Source of the DNA: Podarcis filfolensis
Lineage: Eukaryota
Strand: one strand, 5' to 3'
Length of the DNA: 64,000 nt
Assembly (NCBI GenBank): GCA_964270895.1
Contig: OZ185441.1
Below are positions 1-13,888 of this stretch, one piece after another; position 1 is the first letter of the stretch, and every line of letters starts with the position of its first letter. The position numbers and the translations under genes were made by a program. Below the pieces are notes generated by a model that was given only the letters and a program-made list of their open reading frames with translations, made no database searches and was not told where the DNA came from.

Positions 1-1384
1 CATGGAGTTGGGTGGTTTGTTCTTTCTGCTCTGGGTCAGATCAATGTGGTCAGCTGTTGTTGGGTTGCATAGTCATTGCCTCTGAAGAATGATAGCTCCC
101 AGTAAGTTTATGTTTTACGAAAAATCATACGCAAGGAAACAGTAATGCTGTGTAAATAATGGGTTGGGTATGTATTGGGAGGCCTTTTGGCTTGGGTGCT
201 TCTTCAAGACGCTAAAGGGAGATCACCTTCAACATTTCCTTGGGGGCCTAGCCTCTGATGTATGTCTGTTTGATATTCATCTATGATGGGGTGGAAATGT
301 AAGACTTATTCCTTTTCCTTATGTGTATGGTGGAATTGAACCTATTCTCTATGTAGCCAAACATGAGTAGGAGTAGGAGTAGGAGTAGCAGAAGAAGAGA
401 CATTAGAACAGGGCTCTGGTGGCTTCTCATTCAGACTAATTTGGTAGGGGGAAATGGCACTTTCTATGGAAGCAATGGCAGCAGCCTTCCAGGGAAGATG
501 CTCTTCTATACAAAAGAGACTTCTGGGAAAGAGCCTGAGCATGGATGCCTTTCAGAAGGAGGCCTACACACAGGACCAGCCACCAGGTGTGCACCCCCAA
601 ATTAGTTTACCTGGAGGCCGCAGCAGGTGGAGGCAAGGATGGGCAGCAGCATGGGGGTGGTGAGGAGAGATGGTGCTCCCTTGCCCTGATGCTGAGAAAT
701 GCTGTTTTCATTTCCCCTCAGTGCTTCTGGGCCCCAATATAGCACCACTATGTTGAAGTGAGGCCCAGAGGCCCTGAGACCATTGGAGAAGGCTGTTGCC
801 ACCTGGTTTGGTGCTTCTGTTCCCAATGAAGGGCCCTATGCTTTTTATTTTAAGAAATCAAGGGGGTTGCGGGTATTGTGCTGGGGCCTATGCTTGACAG
901 AGGACCCAGACTTTGAGCTTTCACTGAAAAAATGTAAGAGCCTAGCCCTTCTAGAAATGAAGTTATCAAGCAAAATGTGTGAGTACCCCTCTAAGTGACT
1001 GAGCCAGCCCAGCTATCCCCACCTTTCAGTGTTTTTAGCAAATGAGTGACGTCAGAGCTGTGGTTGATGAGTAAGTTGTTTGGACACCAAGCTATGGAAT
1101 AACTGGTGTCTTAAAGAGCTGCCATTTCCCTCTTCCATCCAGTGCACTTTTCTGCCCTGCTTGTTTCATTTTCTAGTCCTTGGAATTTCTGTTATTTAGC
1201 CAATCTGTTCTTTCTACACAACAGGATGCATCTTTCCTGTGGTCAGTTGGTCCAAGATCAGATACTCACTATAAGTTATTTTCTGTAAATATTATTACAC
1301 AATAAGTGTGGGTAGACGTTAAAGAATACCCCACCCTATAGCAAGTGCAAAATCTGGAAAGTTTGCAAAGAGGCTTGGGCATTC

Positions 1385-1555
1385 TGTCATACCAACATTT
1401 CTCCAATGAAAATAGGGACGTCCCATTCCATAATGATAATTTTACTATTTATATCCACACATCTTACTGAGTTGCCCCAGCCACTCTGGGCAGCTTCCAA
1501 CATATATAAAAACACAAAAACCTCCCTTCCCTATACAGGACTGCCTTCAGATAGC
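1385..1555. mobile_element. Composite non-autonomous repeat fragment (MITE-like end plus inverted L2 3' tail)
   Basis: Same junction sequence as the reverse complement of ~33240-33430. Its tail part is the reverse complement of the L2 3' end at 35720-35860. Confidence 0.6.
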
Positions 1556-4500
1556 TTGCAGGCCGCAGAATATTGAGGGGGCCCAGCCCCCTGCTTAACT
1601 GGAGGGGCTGAGCTCCCCCCTCCATGTTGTCCCTGATCAGGTGGGAGATAGCAGAGGTGCTACGATACTAAGATAATGTGTTCCCTGTTGAATGTCCAGG
1701 AAAACATAGGCAGCCCCATCATAGAGTTCATATCAAAAGTCAATAAGTGAAAAGATAATGCAATATGTTATTGTATGAAAGTGAATATTAACTAGAGATT
1801 TTGCCTGCAATCCAGAAAAGCTACTGTGTAGCGAGGAGAAGGAGGAGTAATAACAACAACAATAGCCAGGTTCTTTCTCACAATGCCTACAAAGCACACC
1901 GGTCAACACCTACATAGGTAAGCTTTTTCCTGACTCTTCCACCAGCTGCACAAAGCTATTGTGCTTTAGGGTTTCTGAGTCCCAAGGTTTTACGTAAAGT
2001 TTCAGGCTTCAGCTTTCTTTTGGGGATCACAAGTGGCAGGCTGCTTTCAGCTTGACTTAAATGTTGTTGTCTTGCACCCCATCCCCATTCTGTCCAACAG
2101 TCTTCCCCCCTAAAATACCAGGCATAGGCAAACTGCCCAGGAGGCATCAAATTCCCTTCCTTCCCAGGCTCCTCTCATATTCTGATCACTGATAACATTA
2201 GGTAGCACTCGTGTGACACTCATTTTATCTTGTTATTGTGTAACAGCAGAAGGCTGGCAGTGAATATGTTAATTGCTGGGATTGTATGTACATGCTAGTT
2301 TCCTTTGAAATATTCATGAACATTTTCACTCTGAAGAGAGCACGTTGTGTGTCTTGTTTGTAAGATTTCCTCACAGTGGCCCAGTTCTCACCAAGATGGT
2401 TAATCTGTTTCTAGGCTGTACCATTTCAGATTGCAGATGAAACCCACATCTTTGAATGTTCCTGCATACAAAGAATTCAGAGCTCTGTCAAAGCTAGATG
2501 TCAGGAAGATGGATCCTAACTGTGGGGTGGCTGGCATGGAGGAGCATACAGCCATCTTGAGTCCCACCTGCAGTCTGAAGTGGTACAGCCCAGACTCAGG
2601 TGTACAACCTCATTGAGAACTGAGCCAGAAGCACAATTCCTATAATTCCTTGGGAATGATTGCTGCACCAGTTTGAATCTGCAGTGTAGATACATGCTCA
2701 GGGTGCATTCTGCTACACAATTAGATGCTATAGGCAGGAAGTTGTTTTAGGGTACAGTGATAAACTGTGGCTTTATGTGGAGAGGGTGCTGGAAGAAGGA
2801 CCAGGAAGCCCAGAGATTGCAAGAGTAAAGGAGAGGTTGCCAGAAAGCGTCTGGCTCCAGGCCAGTTCTCACCCCTGATAGTTTGTGAATAGCTTTCAGG
2901 GCCATCATTTCAGTGAACTGGTTTTGAGACTTTGTAGCTGGTTAATTTGACATTTAGTGTTTGGCATCTGATATCCGAACATGTTTTAGAGCAATGTGGT
3001 ACCTAACCTTTCGGCTGTGTGGGAAATATATATACACATTCACAACAGTAATTGATATTTTGTATGTAGCTTGCTTTTATTTTATACCTTGAGTTGTAAA
3101 TTGTGCATCAACTTTTAATTAATTCATCATAGGTTTTTAATATGCTGTATTCTGCTTGGTTTGGTTTGTGAGCCACCCAGAAAACTGCTATAGGGCAGCC
3201 TTATAAATGTAATAATGATGATGATGATGATGATTCATCGATAATTGATTAGTGATTTCATCTGTACTTTTAATTTGTTGTTGAGATTTAAATTATTATT
3301 GTTTATTATTACTATTCTGATGCCAAAAGGGTTGCATTGCTGTTATCAATTCATAATTAGGCTTTCGTAACTGCCATACATGTTGCTTTGCTTGAAATGG
3401 TTGACATGTGAACCCTGAGATCCTTGGAAATTGTTTTAGCTACGTTTTCCTACCCAAAATTACATAGTCTGGAAGATTGTTAAGAAAATGACTATGATCA
3501 GAAAAATAGGGCGGGCAAAAGAGACAGCGGAAGAGAGGTGTGTTTGTGTGTCCGTGTGTGTCCTGTCAATAGGCATTAGCAATTCCAGCACAATATGATG
3601 ACCCTAAGCTGATGTACTCTTAAAGCTGCACCAGATCCCACACTTAATCTGTACAGGCAGAACCATTAGTTTCTTTAGTGTTTTTAACAAAAGTTAGAAT
3701 GATGCACAGAGGCTTTTCATTAGTAGGCCATCTGGCTCTAAAATATGCAAAACCAGGGCAGACTCTCACCAAATATAATCAGGGCTCCTTCACATATTAC
3801 TGAAACAATGTGAACATTTAGTGTGTCCATTACATTTTCAGTTGAGGAGGCTGTACTTATTAAAATCATATGTGCTTGAAAATATGTTGCAAGGGGCCAG
3901 GACCTGCCGCGCTTTGTGCACTGAAATAAATGCAAGCGACAGCTTCATATGCTGTGGGGTTTACTGCCAAACACACTGGTCTTCTAGTTTGTAACAAGTA
4001 TCCCCGAATTATAGGAAGTTGAGATTGGAAAGAAGAAATCTCACTTTGAAAATTAAGATGAGCATATATGCAGGCAAAGCAACACAGGAGAATCCAAGAT
4101 CAGAAACTTTATGATTAAATACATCTAATCTAGAGCAATGCAAGAAAGTTACCATATTTGTTTTTCTGTAAAGATAATGGAAGACAAAGAGTGGAAAGAG
4201 CTGGCCAACATCATGCTGTCTAGCCATCTGCCACTGGATGAGATTTGACAGCAATAAACATACACAATCCCTGCCCAGAGACCCCACTCAAGATCTTATG
4301 GTGCCTTTCACAAATGAGTTTAGTGTAGGGGGATGGGAGAATGTAATGAAACTTACTGTATGTTGACCTCCAACATTTAAAATTTCCCTCTTGCTTGCTT
4401 GTCTACAATCTTGAACCTAGAAAATAGTCATTGACTGTCCAAAAAGTCTAAAGCAATCAAACGCAATCACATTTCAGATTTTGAAGTGAGATATCAGTCT

Positions 4501-7290
4501 CCCCACTCTTCTCAAATCCTAATTACAAGGTCTCCCATTTCTATTGTTGAAATGTTTTCCTTTGCACCAAATATTTATTGTGATTTCATTAAAGACAAGG
4601 GTTTAGAATACAGAATTTCTTTTCCATTCCATTAAGTTAAATGGCACAAGTGTGCATTAGGAACTGATTTGAATGCTTCTCATCAAATACTGTTTCCTGT
4701 GAAGTTTAGCACAGTGTCCTGTAGTATAATTCATGTGTGTTAGTTAAACCAAGCCAAGTGGCTTTGCATCTTTCAAAGCCACTTAGCTTGCTATGCAGCG
4801 TTCGTAGCTCTGTGAACCAAGACTGTGTATAACTAGTTAGAAATATCTGTACAGTATGCGTGCTATTTGCGACTAAATGGATTCTGAAAATAAATAGGAT
4901 TGCAAAGTTGAAAGTTATGTGCAGGTGAATTCAAGAGAAGCAAGAGTGTATAAAGACATTGGTATTATCAAGATAAGAACATTCATTATAAAGAATAGTA
5001 TCCTTAAGTTTTTTTAATGTGTATCCTCAGGCATTAGAAAAGGCAGAATCAGTAAGTCAAGGAATGTATTTGATATCGTGATTTTGTGTATTGTAATATA
5101 CAAATACAAACTCTTGAGCTGAAGAAAATTGCTCTTGATGTAGCCTGAGTCCAGAATCTCAAGGTGCTTCCACGCTGCAGGAGTTTTGTGGATGCTGCTA
5201 ATTGTTCTGCGCTCTCTGCCCAGGCACTGTGCCAATCCCTGACCATCACTAGTCCAAGTGGACTAGAAGAGTGAGTTTAGGTTACATAGAAATCATAGCA
5301 AAGAGCGGGAAATTGCATCCCCAAACGACTGCTATATAATAGTTGATTAGTGAGATGATAACTGTGGAAATAGATTTTTACTGCTTTGAAAGGAACCTGT
5401 AAACTGTGAGTCCCTGTGTACATGTGAGTCAAGCTCCTTCATGGAGTCAAAATGGATGTAAAAAGATCCATGGAAATGTATCAGGCAGAAGTAGGAAATG
5501 CAGGTGTTGACGATTCCTATCCTCTCCAGGGCCTGTGACACAGAGAGATATTTAGAATCAGAGAAATTAACATTCCTTGGTTAGTAGAACAAGCAGCAGT
5601 TCCATCATCACTTACTTGTTAAGACTTTCTTGTCTGTTGATGTGAAGAGATCTGAACTTGCTACTTTGAAAAACACTGACCGGGAATTAAGGAAGTTGAG
5701 CATTGCTTGGTCCTGAAGGCTCTATATTGGAGCAACACCTTACTTAGTATGGCAATTCCGTATATAAGGGGACTCCGCCCAATGCAGCATTATGTGACTA
5801 TTGGGAAGTCACAGCTGTGGTGAAAAGGAGGCTTGCTATAAAATAGAAGCTATAAGTTTAATGTTAAAATGAGGTGGACGTCTTTGCCATGGAACATATG
5901 ATGGTGCACATTTTTTATGTCCCCAAATACCCAAAAGATTGTACCTTGGTCAAAACAAACTTTGTCCATGCCAGAGAGCATGTCTCTGCACATAGCAAGC
6001 AGCTCACTCCAGAGGCAGTGGAGCAGCAGTGATTGCCAGTATTCCCAGATGCCTGCGTTTAAAGCCATGGGCCGTGTTTCAAAACCAGGTTTTAGTCACA
6101 AATACTCCTCTGGACAGTGAAGACCAATCTAGCTAACAGAATAACAAATGCAATACGAACAACCTGTGATCATTGCCCTATATTATCTGCACAGTCCTCC
6201 TGGAGAAGAACCAGCACCGTAATGTCTGTTTCATTTCTACCATGAAATCTCACACACGGGAGGTGCCCAGCTTCTCATCCACACATGATGCCACTAGGAG
6301 CAAATCCAGGTGCTTCTAATGCACATAAGACAGAGGACACCACTTTTTCAACAGCAGTGTGCCTCATCTACCTCTTCACTGAAGCCTACCATGACAACAT
6401 TCAGAAGGCATTGTCTACCTTTAGGGCAGAGAAAATACTTCTTTTCACAGATTTCTTTCATCTTTTCCAGGAAGTCCATGAATCTCCTTGACCTGACCCC
6501 TTCCCTAACTATTATCTTAGTTGTCTCCACTATGGAAGCTGTTTGTTGGGAACATCAGGGACCAGGTTCTTGCTCATAAAACTCTTTTTAACCTTGCTCC
6601 TCCTAACCTTTGACTCCAGAGGCTTAAAAATTTCCTTTGTGATGTCATGGTTTATTCTGTTTTGTGCACTGGCTGCAAAACTCCTGAAATTCAGGAAAGG
6701 AAATATGGAGAGACTCTTAGTATACTCCATTTGGAGAACAAAGGCCATAGTGGGAGTGAGCTTTGAAGAGCTCTCCTGCATCGGTTATTGAATGCCATTC
6801 ATTTAAAGGAAATTCAGGCAAACAATCAATGGGTCTTTTAATGTGATCTTATATCCAGCAAATGGCAGTATATCACTTAATTGTGCAGCCACTGGTGTTT
6901 GTTGCATTCTGTTTTTTAAAAAATCTGCAAAATATGCAGTTTGCTGGTTTAGCTTATAACCCCAACCATTCCAAACAAAGAGTGTTCATTATTGAATTTA
7001 AATGCTTGTGACATTCATTAATGAATTCAAAAGCTTGTAATGACATAGGATTTATTGTTCATATAATTATCTTGGGAAATCCAGTCACTGACAGCTGGCA
7101 AATGGGCTCCCAGCTCTTCTTCAACATTTGCACTGGCGCTTTAAGACCTCCCCCACCCCACTGCTGGAGCTGGGGAGGGGGAGAATGGGTGGTCCATTGC
7201 AAACAGCCAGGCGCTTCCTTGATTCCAGGAGCCCTGTATCTGCTTTGATGGACAACAAAGCTCCTCCCCTCTTGATTCCGATACGGACTA

Positions 7291-7310
7291 GGCACCGCCG
7301 CTGTTTTCTG
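7291..7310 (+). promoter_or_regulatory. CSE-like element (CGCT-core Pcdh promoter element, candidate CTCF site)
   Basis: ggcaccgcCGCTgttttctg about 155 bp upstream of the ATG, in a locally CpG-enriched patch. Match to the canonical CTCF core is only partial. Confidence 0.45.
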
Positions 7311-7456
7311 TGGAAGAAAAACAGAGAAAAGATGCAGATGGTGCGCCGCTTTCTCATCCCTTGCGCGATCTAACTCGGGATTCTGTGTTTCCTTGGCTGT
7401 GCTGGAATCAGAGAGGACAGAGGTCCAGCAAAGGAAGACGAAATTTTGGCGACATT

Positions 7457-9907
7457 ATGCTGTCTCTGGAAGAAAGACTACTCCTGCCATGGCAAGTAAG
7501 AGCTTTGCTTTTGGTTTCTGTCTCTCTCCAGAGTGCTGGAGAGATGACCCAGCTCCGTTATTCGATTCCTGAGGAGTTAGCTCCTGGGGCCTTTGTTGGG
7601 GATGTGGCTAAAGACTTGGGTCTAGATGCTGCCCGGGTGGTCTCCCGACAGCTGCAGATCATGGCTGGCTCTGCTGAAAAGTACTTCGAAGCCAAGGTGC
7701 CAAATGGTGTCTTGGTCGTGAAAGAACGGCTGGACCGAGAGCAGCTTTGTGGGCCCAGCTTACACTGCCTGCTCTATCTGGAGCTCCTACTTGCAAACCC
7801 AACAGCCTCCCATCGTGTGGAAGTTGAGCTCTTGGATGTGAATGACAACGACCCAGTTTTTCTTACCAGTCTCACCCATTTGGAGATAGCAGAGTCTGCA
7901 ATGCCAGGAGCCCGCTTCCCCCTGGAAAGTGCTGAAGATTTGGACATTGGCATGAATGCAGTCAGCACCTACCAGCTGAGTCCACGTGGACAATTCAGCC
8001 TCAGTGTTAAGTCACATAAAGGCGGCAGCAAACCTGAGCTGGTGTTAGAGAAGGCGTTAGATAGAGAACAGCAGCAGCACTACCCCCTGGTGCTTACAGC
8101 CCTGGATGGAGGAGTTCCTGCTAAATCCGGGACAGCAAAGATTCTTGTGTCAGTCATAGACGCCAATGACAATCCACCTGTCTTTAACCAGTCGGTGTAC
8201 AAAGTTAGCCTTCTAGAAAATGCCCCAGTGGGGGCCCTTGTGATACATTTACAAGCTACAGACAATGATGAGGGGGCAAATGGGAAAGTTTCCTACTCCT
8301 TCAGCAGCCACACTCCACAGAAAATCCGGAAAATGTTCAGCCTTAATGAGGAGACTGGGGAGATAAGAGTCCTGGGAAGTGTGGATTATGAAGATGACAC
8401 GTTATATGAAATTGATGTGAGGGCCAAAGACCAAGGGTCACCTTCCATGGATGCACACTGCAACATCTTAGTGGAGGTAGTGGATGTGAATGACAATGAG
8501 CCTATCATTAGGTTCACTTCCCTCACCACCACCATACCAGAAGATGCTCCCCCAGGTACCACAGCAGGGCTCCTCAGAGTCAGTGATGCAGATTCTGGGG
8601 GAAATGGAGAAGTACAGCTTCATCTCCCTGCAGATGTCCCCTTCCAGATTGTACCTTCCTTTAAGAACCACTACTCTTTGATCACCAGTGGCCCCCTAGA
8701 TCGGGAGGAAATCTCACAGTACAAAGTTATGATCACAGCTACGGATTCTGGTTCTCCACCTCTCTCCAGTCAAAGAAACTTCCTTGTAAATATATCTGAC
8801 CTGAACGATAACCCACCCCACTTCTCACAGCCTGCATATGAGACCCTCGTAACTGAGAACAATGCTCTGGGGCTGCCAATCATTTCTATATCTGCCTTTG
8901 ACCCTGATCTGGGGCAGAACTCACACCTGTCTTATTCGTTAGTGGAGCATATCATAAATGGAATGCCCATTTCCTCCTATGTCTATGTTATGGAGAACGG
9001 TACTATCTACAGTGGCTGCTCATTTGACTATGAGCAAACCCAGCAACTGGTTTTCCAGATTCAAGCTAAGGATAATGGTTCTCCTCCACTCTGTGCCAAC
9101 GTGACTGTCTCCATCTTCATCATAGACCAGAATGATAATGCTCCTCTCGTTGTATACCCTGTAACCAAGAAGGGGGTCCTAGCCCAGCAGCCAGTCCCTT
9201 TTTCTGCACAAGGAGGTTACCTGGTAACCAAAGTCACAGCTGTGGATGCAGACTCTGGGCAGAATGCATGGGTTTCTTATAAGCTGCAGCAAGCCACAGA
9301 CCCAAGCCTTTTCCAAGTCTCAGCGTTCACAGGAGAGATCCGAACCGTCCGAGCCCTCCTGGAACAAGACGCCCCTTCCCAAGAGTTGGTTGTTGAGATC
9401 TTGGACAATGGGAAGCCACCTCTGTCTGCCACAGCCACTCTGATTCTTCATCTAGAGCATGAGCATGAGTTGGGCACAGCAGACCTCAGAGATTCCAGCA
9501 TGGAACAAGAAGGGCTATCTCACCTGACCTTGCAACTCATTATTGCTCTGATCACCATCTCAGGACTTTCTGCTCTGGCCTTTGTGTTTTTAGCTATGAA
9601 GTGTCTTAACAGATTGAAAGGAAGACACTCAGATGTGGGTTGGACCAGCGACCTGAAGGGTAGGAACTCTATTCCTGTGGGAGGACACTTTGACACGTTC
9701 TCAGTACGCTTGAGGCAGGAGGAAAAAATGGAATTCCCTACAGCCTTCATTGGGGGAGATGTTGTTTCTCCTTTTACCCTCCTAAGGCCTGGCCAGACCC
9801 ACTTTTCGGAAGGGAGGAATTTCAGGATAGCTACACCAGTCACTCAGCAGGATATCAACAGCACAGGCACACTTCTGGCCTGCAGCCTTTCCCAAGAGCC
9901 AAACGAG
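7457..9907 (+). CDS. Protocadherin-gamma variable exon, C-type-like, no clear mammalian 1:1 orthologue (signal peptide, EC1-EC6, TM, variable cytoplasmic domain)
   Basis: Within ORF 7310-9946. ATG at 7457 precedes a signal-peptide-like stretch and QLRYSIPEE. Six cadherin repeats (DRE, DxNDN, DxD motifs), EC1 CX5C (LCGPSLHC), C-type EC3 HC motif (AHCNIL), TM LTLQLIIAL. Phase-0 donor GAG|GTGAGG after 9907. Confidence 0.93.
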
Positions 9908-11437
9908 GTGAGGCATGAAATACTGTTCTATAACTATGTCGTGTAGCACCCTGTGATTCTGTAACAGTCTCCAGGGATAGAGGTCACAGATGCAATGGCA
10001 ATGTCAGGCAGCCTTTGTGTTAAGGTGGTCAGTTTGTAAATTAAAAAGCATTTTGTTGGATTTGAGATTCTTCAAGGAGATAGGCTGTTTTAGAAGAAGC
10101 TTGGGAAGATTAGCAGTTGTTCACCCTGTGGATATTTGGCAAGAAGTAATGCTTTTAAACTACTGGTACTTAGATTTAGGTTAACAAGCAGCAAAAAGTT
10201 TCTAACCGAAAAAATAAATCCAGCAGTTAAATGATTTTCCAGGGGAGGTTGTCAAATATTTGTTTTTCTGATGTTTTTGAAAGCTTGGTGGAAAGAGGGG
10301 AAAGAAAAAGTGCTAAGGATCATAAGTCGGGAGTACATCAAGAATGAGGCACCCCATCTTAAGAAAAATGGTCCACTCACTGAGTCCATCACAGTTCTGT
10401 GAATCTGTACTTGGGTGTCTCATTATTGGAAAGTGCCTTAACACCACAGCTTAAAAACTACTTGGTATGTGGGTCCCTGACATTCAAAGCCACACCATGG
10501 TCTTTGGGTTACAATGGTTCTACTTAGAAATACTGCTGCATTGATTGTGGTGTTCTAATTTTGGAAAGGCCAATGAATAGAGCTGGGAGGCCTTAAGCAA
10601 TTTTGAAGATTGTGCATTCTTCACTGTGTGGTGGAGGTTCCCATGTCTGCATTTGAAAATGAACATTCTGAAAGGGTCTGTTTTGCCTTGGTAATGACTA
10701 AGAGTTTTAAATGCATTTATTGAAGCTGCGTTGCAAAATGCTAAAGCACTTTCTGTGAGAGTTTCTCCCTATCTTTCCTCTTTTCGACTGTAACAAATAC
10801 CTTTTTCACTGCAAGTGAAAAATCAGACCAGTTGTTCGCCAGAGAGACTATGATTCTGTATCCCCTACAGCTGAGAGTTTGTCTTTTGTTCAGATGAGAT
10901 GGAATGAATCTAGCTAATGTGAACAATGAGGATTTGTACCGTTCATGCTTCCCGGACGTGCTGTTTCCTTGAGAACAAGAATCTGAGCTGCTAAACTTAG
11001 CTGCCAAAACCAGTGGCAAACCAGCCTCTTGGTTACATTTAGGGTTGAGGTATGGGGGTGATCAGTCCTGGTCTCCCAACTTCATGTGCTGCAGCAGCTT
11101 TAAGAGTGTAGGTGGACTTGTCACTGGTGGAGAGTGGATGGAGCTGTCATCTAGTCAGGTGCTGATCCAGATTTTGGGGGGAGGGGGGATCAGCTCTTTC
11201 TGCCTTGACTTTCCTCCTCCGTAGCTATGGCTGTAATTCAGCTTCCCTCCCCCAATCCACCCCCTCAACTCTCTGACTAACATTCTGTTGCTGCAGCTAG
11301 GCAAGCTCAAAAGCTACTTTAACTCATTTGGAAGGAAATACCGAGGGATTTAAAAAACAGCATTCATCCAGGTCCTGGAGCCTCCTCATCCCTGGGATAT
11401 CACAAAGACTCCTTCTGGAAGGGGACTTTTTTCTGAA

Positions 11438-13888
11438 ATGGAGCCACATTTGTCCCGGCAGCCCTCTTTCAAATGGCAAGTACTGGGTTTGTTTTTGCTG
11501 TTCAGCCGGGCGTTGGTTACAGGACAGATCCACTATTCCGTGGTGGAGGAATCGGAGCTGGGCACCGTGGTGGGAAAGGTGGCTCAGGACTTGGGCTTAA
11601 CGGTGGCAGACCTTTCCCGTCGCAGGCTGAGGCTGGGCTCTGAGGAGAGCAAGAGGTACTTTGCAGTTAACTTGGCCAACGGTGCTCTGATAGTGAATGA
11701 AAAGATAGACCGAGAGACCCTGTGTGGAGCAAGCTCGGGGTGCATTTTGCCAGTCCAAGTAGTCATAGAAAATCCCTTGGAGCTCTTTCACCTGGAGGTA
11801 GAGATCCTGGACTTAAATGACAATTCCCCCGGTTTTCTCACTCCCAAGCTTGTGCTGAGGATAGCAGAGTCTGCCGCCACAGGGTCTCGCTTTCCACTGG
11901 AGAGCGCTCATGATGCGGACGTGGGGACCAATGCAGTCAGTGTCTACCGACTCAGCCCCAACCCCCACTTCTCACTTAATGTAAAGAATGTGAACGATGG
12001 CAAGCTTTTACCTGAGCTGGTGCTAGAGCAACCTTTGGACCGAGAGCAACAATCGGAACACCAGCTCATCCTGACTGCCTGTGATGGGGGGGATCCTGTA
12101 CTGTCAGGAACAGCTCTGATCACCATTGTGGTCCTGGATAATAATGATAATGAGCCTGCATTTGACCTTCCTTTGTACAAGATAAGATTTTCGGAGAACA
12201 TCCCTGTAGGCTCTTTGCTTTTCAGACTTAATGCAACTGACCCTGATGCAGGTTCTAATGGGGAAATACAGTATTCCTTTGGAATCCACACACCTGATTC
12301 CATCCAGAAGTTGTTTGGCTTGGATCCCCACACAGGTGAGATCCGTGTCCAAGGAGTTGTGGATTTCGAAGAATCTCATTTTTATGAGCTTCATGTAAGG
12401 GCCAGGGACAAGGGCATTCCTCAAATGGAAGGCCATTGTGTAATCCAAATGGAAGTCGAAGATGAGAACGACCACCCCCCAGAGGTTCTCCTTACCTCTC
12501 TGGTAAACCCCGTGCCAGAAAACACCCCTTTAGAGACAGTGGTAGGGCTTTTCAATGTGCGAGACCAAGATTCAGGTGCCAATGGAAAGGTGAGCTTACA
12601 AATATCACCAAACTTGCCCTTTAAAATTAAATCTTTTGAAAACCACTATTCTTTGATTACCTCTGAGAAGCTGGATAGAGAAACAGTTTCTCGATACACT
12701 ATCAAGTTGACGGCCCAAGATTCAGGGTCTCCACCTCTAACCACAGATGTCACCATCTTGCTGAACATTTCAGATGTTAATGACAATGCCCCGTACTTCT
12801 CTCAGCCCTTCTACAACTCCTTCTTGAAGGAGAACAATCCACCTGGCTCTCTGCTGTGCACTGTGGTGGCCTCTGATCCTGATGAGGGGGACAATTCCCG
12901 GCTCACGTACTCAGTGGCAGGAAGCCCAATTCAAGATGCTCCAGTCTCTTCTTTCATTTACGTCAACCCAGACAATGGGAATGTCTATGCCCAGCACTCC
13001 TTTGACTATGAAATGCTGCAGGTGCTGCAAATCCCCATCATGGTGCATGATGCTGGGTCACCCCAACTGAGCTCCAGTGTCACTGTCTACCTCTTCATAA
13101 TGGATCAGAATGATAACACGCCTGTTGTTTTGCACCCAGTGACTGGTCGGGAACTGTCTGCAATCCAGAGGATCCCTCAATCTGCATCGGCAGGCTATGT
13201 GGTCACCAAAGTCACTGCAGTGGATGCAGACTCTGGCCACAACGCCTGGCTTTCTTACTCCTTGCTTTCCCAGTCTACTGACCCCTCCTTGTTCCGAGTG
13301 GCTCCCTACACTGGGGAAATTTGGACTGTTCGGGAGTTCCAGGAAACAGATCTCCCGGCACAGAAAATCCTTGTACTAGTGAAGGACAATGGAGAACCAC
13401 CTTTGTCTACCACCGTCACCATCGTGGTCTCATTGGAGGATAAAGTAACTGAGGAAAGGCCCCAGTCTCGTGATTTCCTGACTCACCCCAAAGAAAAATC
13501 TGACCTGACCCTCTATCTGATTATTGCGCTGGTGGCAGTTAGCATTGTGTCCCTCGTTACGTTCATAATCTTGTCTGCGAAATGCTTTCGGAATAAAAAA
13601 GCCAGGGGTTCTTCTTGCTGCAGCCTGAGTGGTGCTCCTGCCAGGGATGTTTTCAAACAATCCAGCCCTAAGCTTCAACTGAACTCAGATGGCACATTGA
13701 AATACATGGAGGTCACACTCAGGCCCACAGACTCCCAGAGCCAGTGCTATAGAACCAGCTATTCTCCCGGCTCGGACAGAAGTGATTTCACCTTTATGCG
13801 GCCTGTGGATTATCCTCAACCAAGTACTCTGACGAGAGACTTTGACACTTTCTTATCTCGTACTGATACACTGAACCATCCCAGGCAG
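11438..13888 (+). CDS. PCDHGC5: Protocadherin gamma-C5 variable exon
   Basis: KWQVL signal, YSVVEESE, LCGASSGC, LLSQSTDPSLF, the EC4 one-residue deletion (LPFKIKSFENHYSL) and cytoplasmic DGTLKYMEVTLRPTDSQSQCYRT match human gamma-C5 as I recall it. Phase-0 donor CAG|GTGAGG after 13888. Confidence 0.9.

Noticed and set aside
363-605. ORF beginning MSRSRSRSSRRR as a possible tail of an upstream gamma-C4 exon
   Set aside because: In-frame TAG at 354-356, the RS run comes from a (GAGTAG)n repeat, and there is no TM or cadherin motif upstream.
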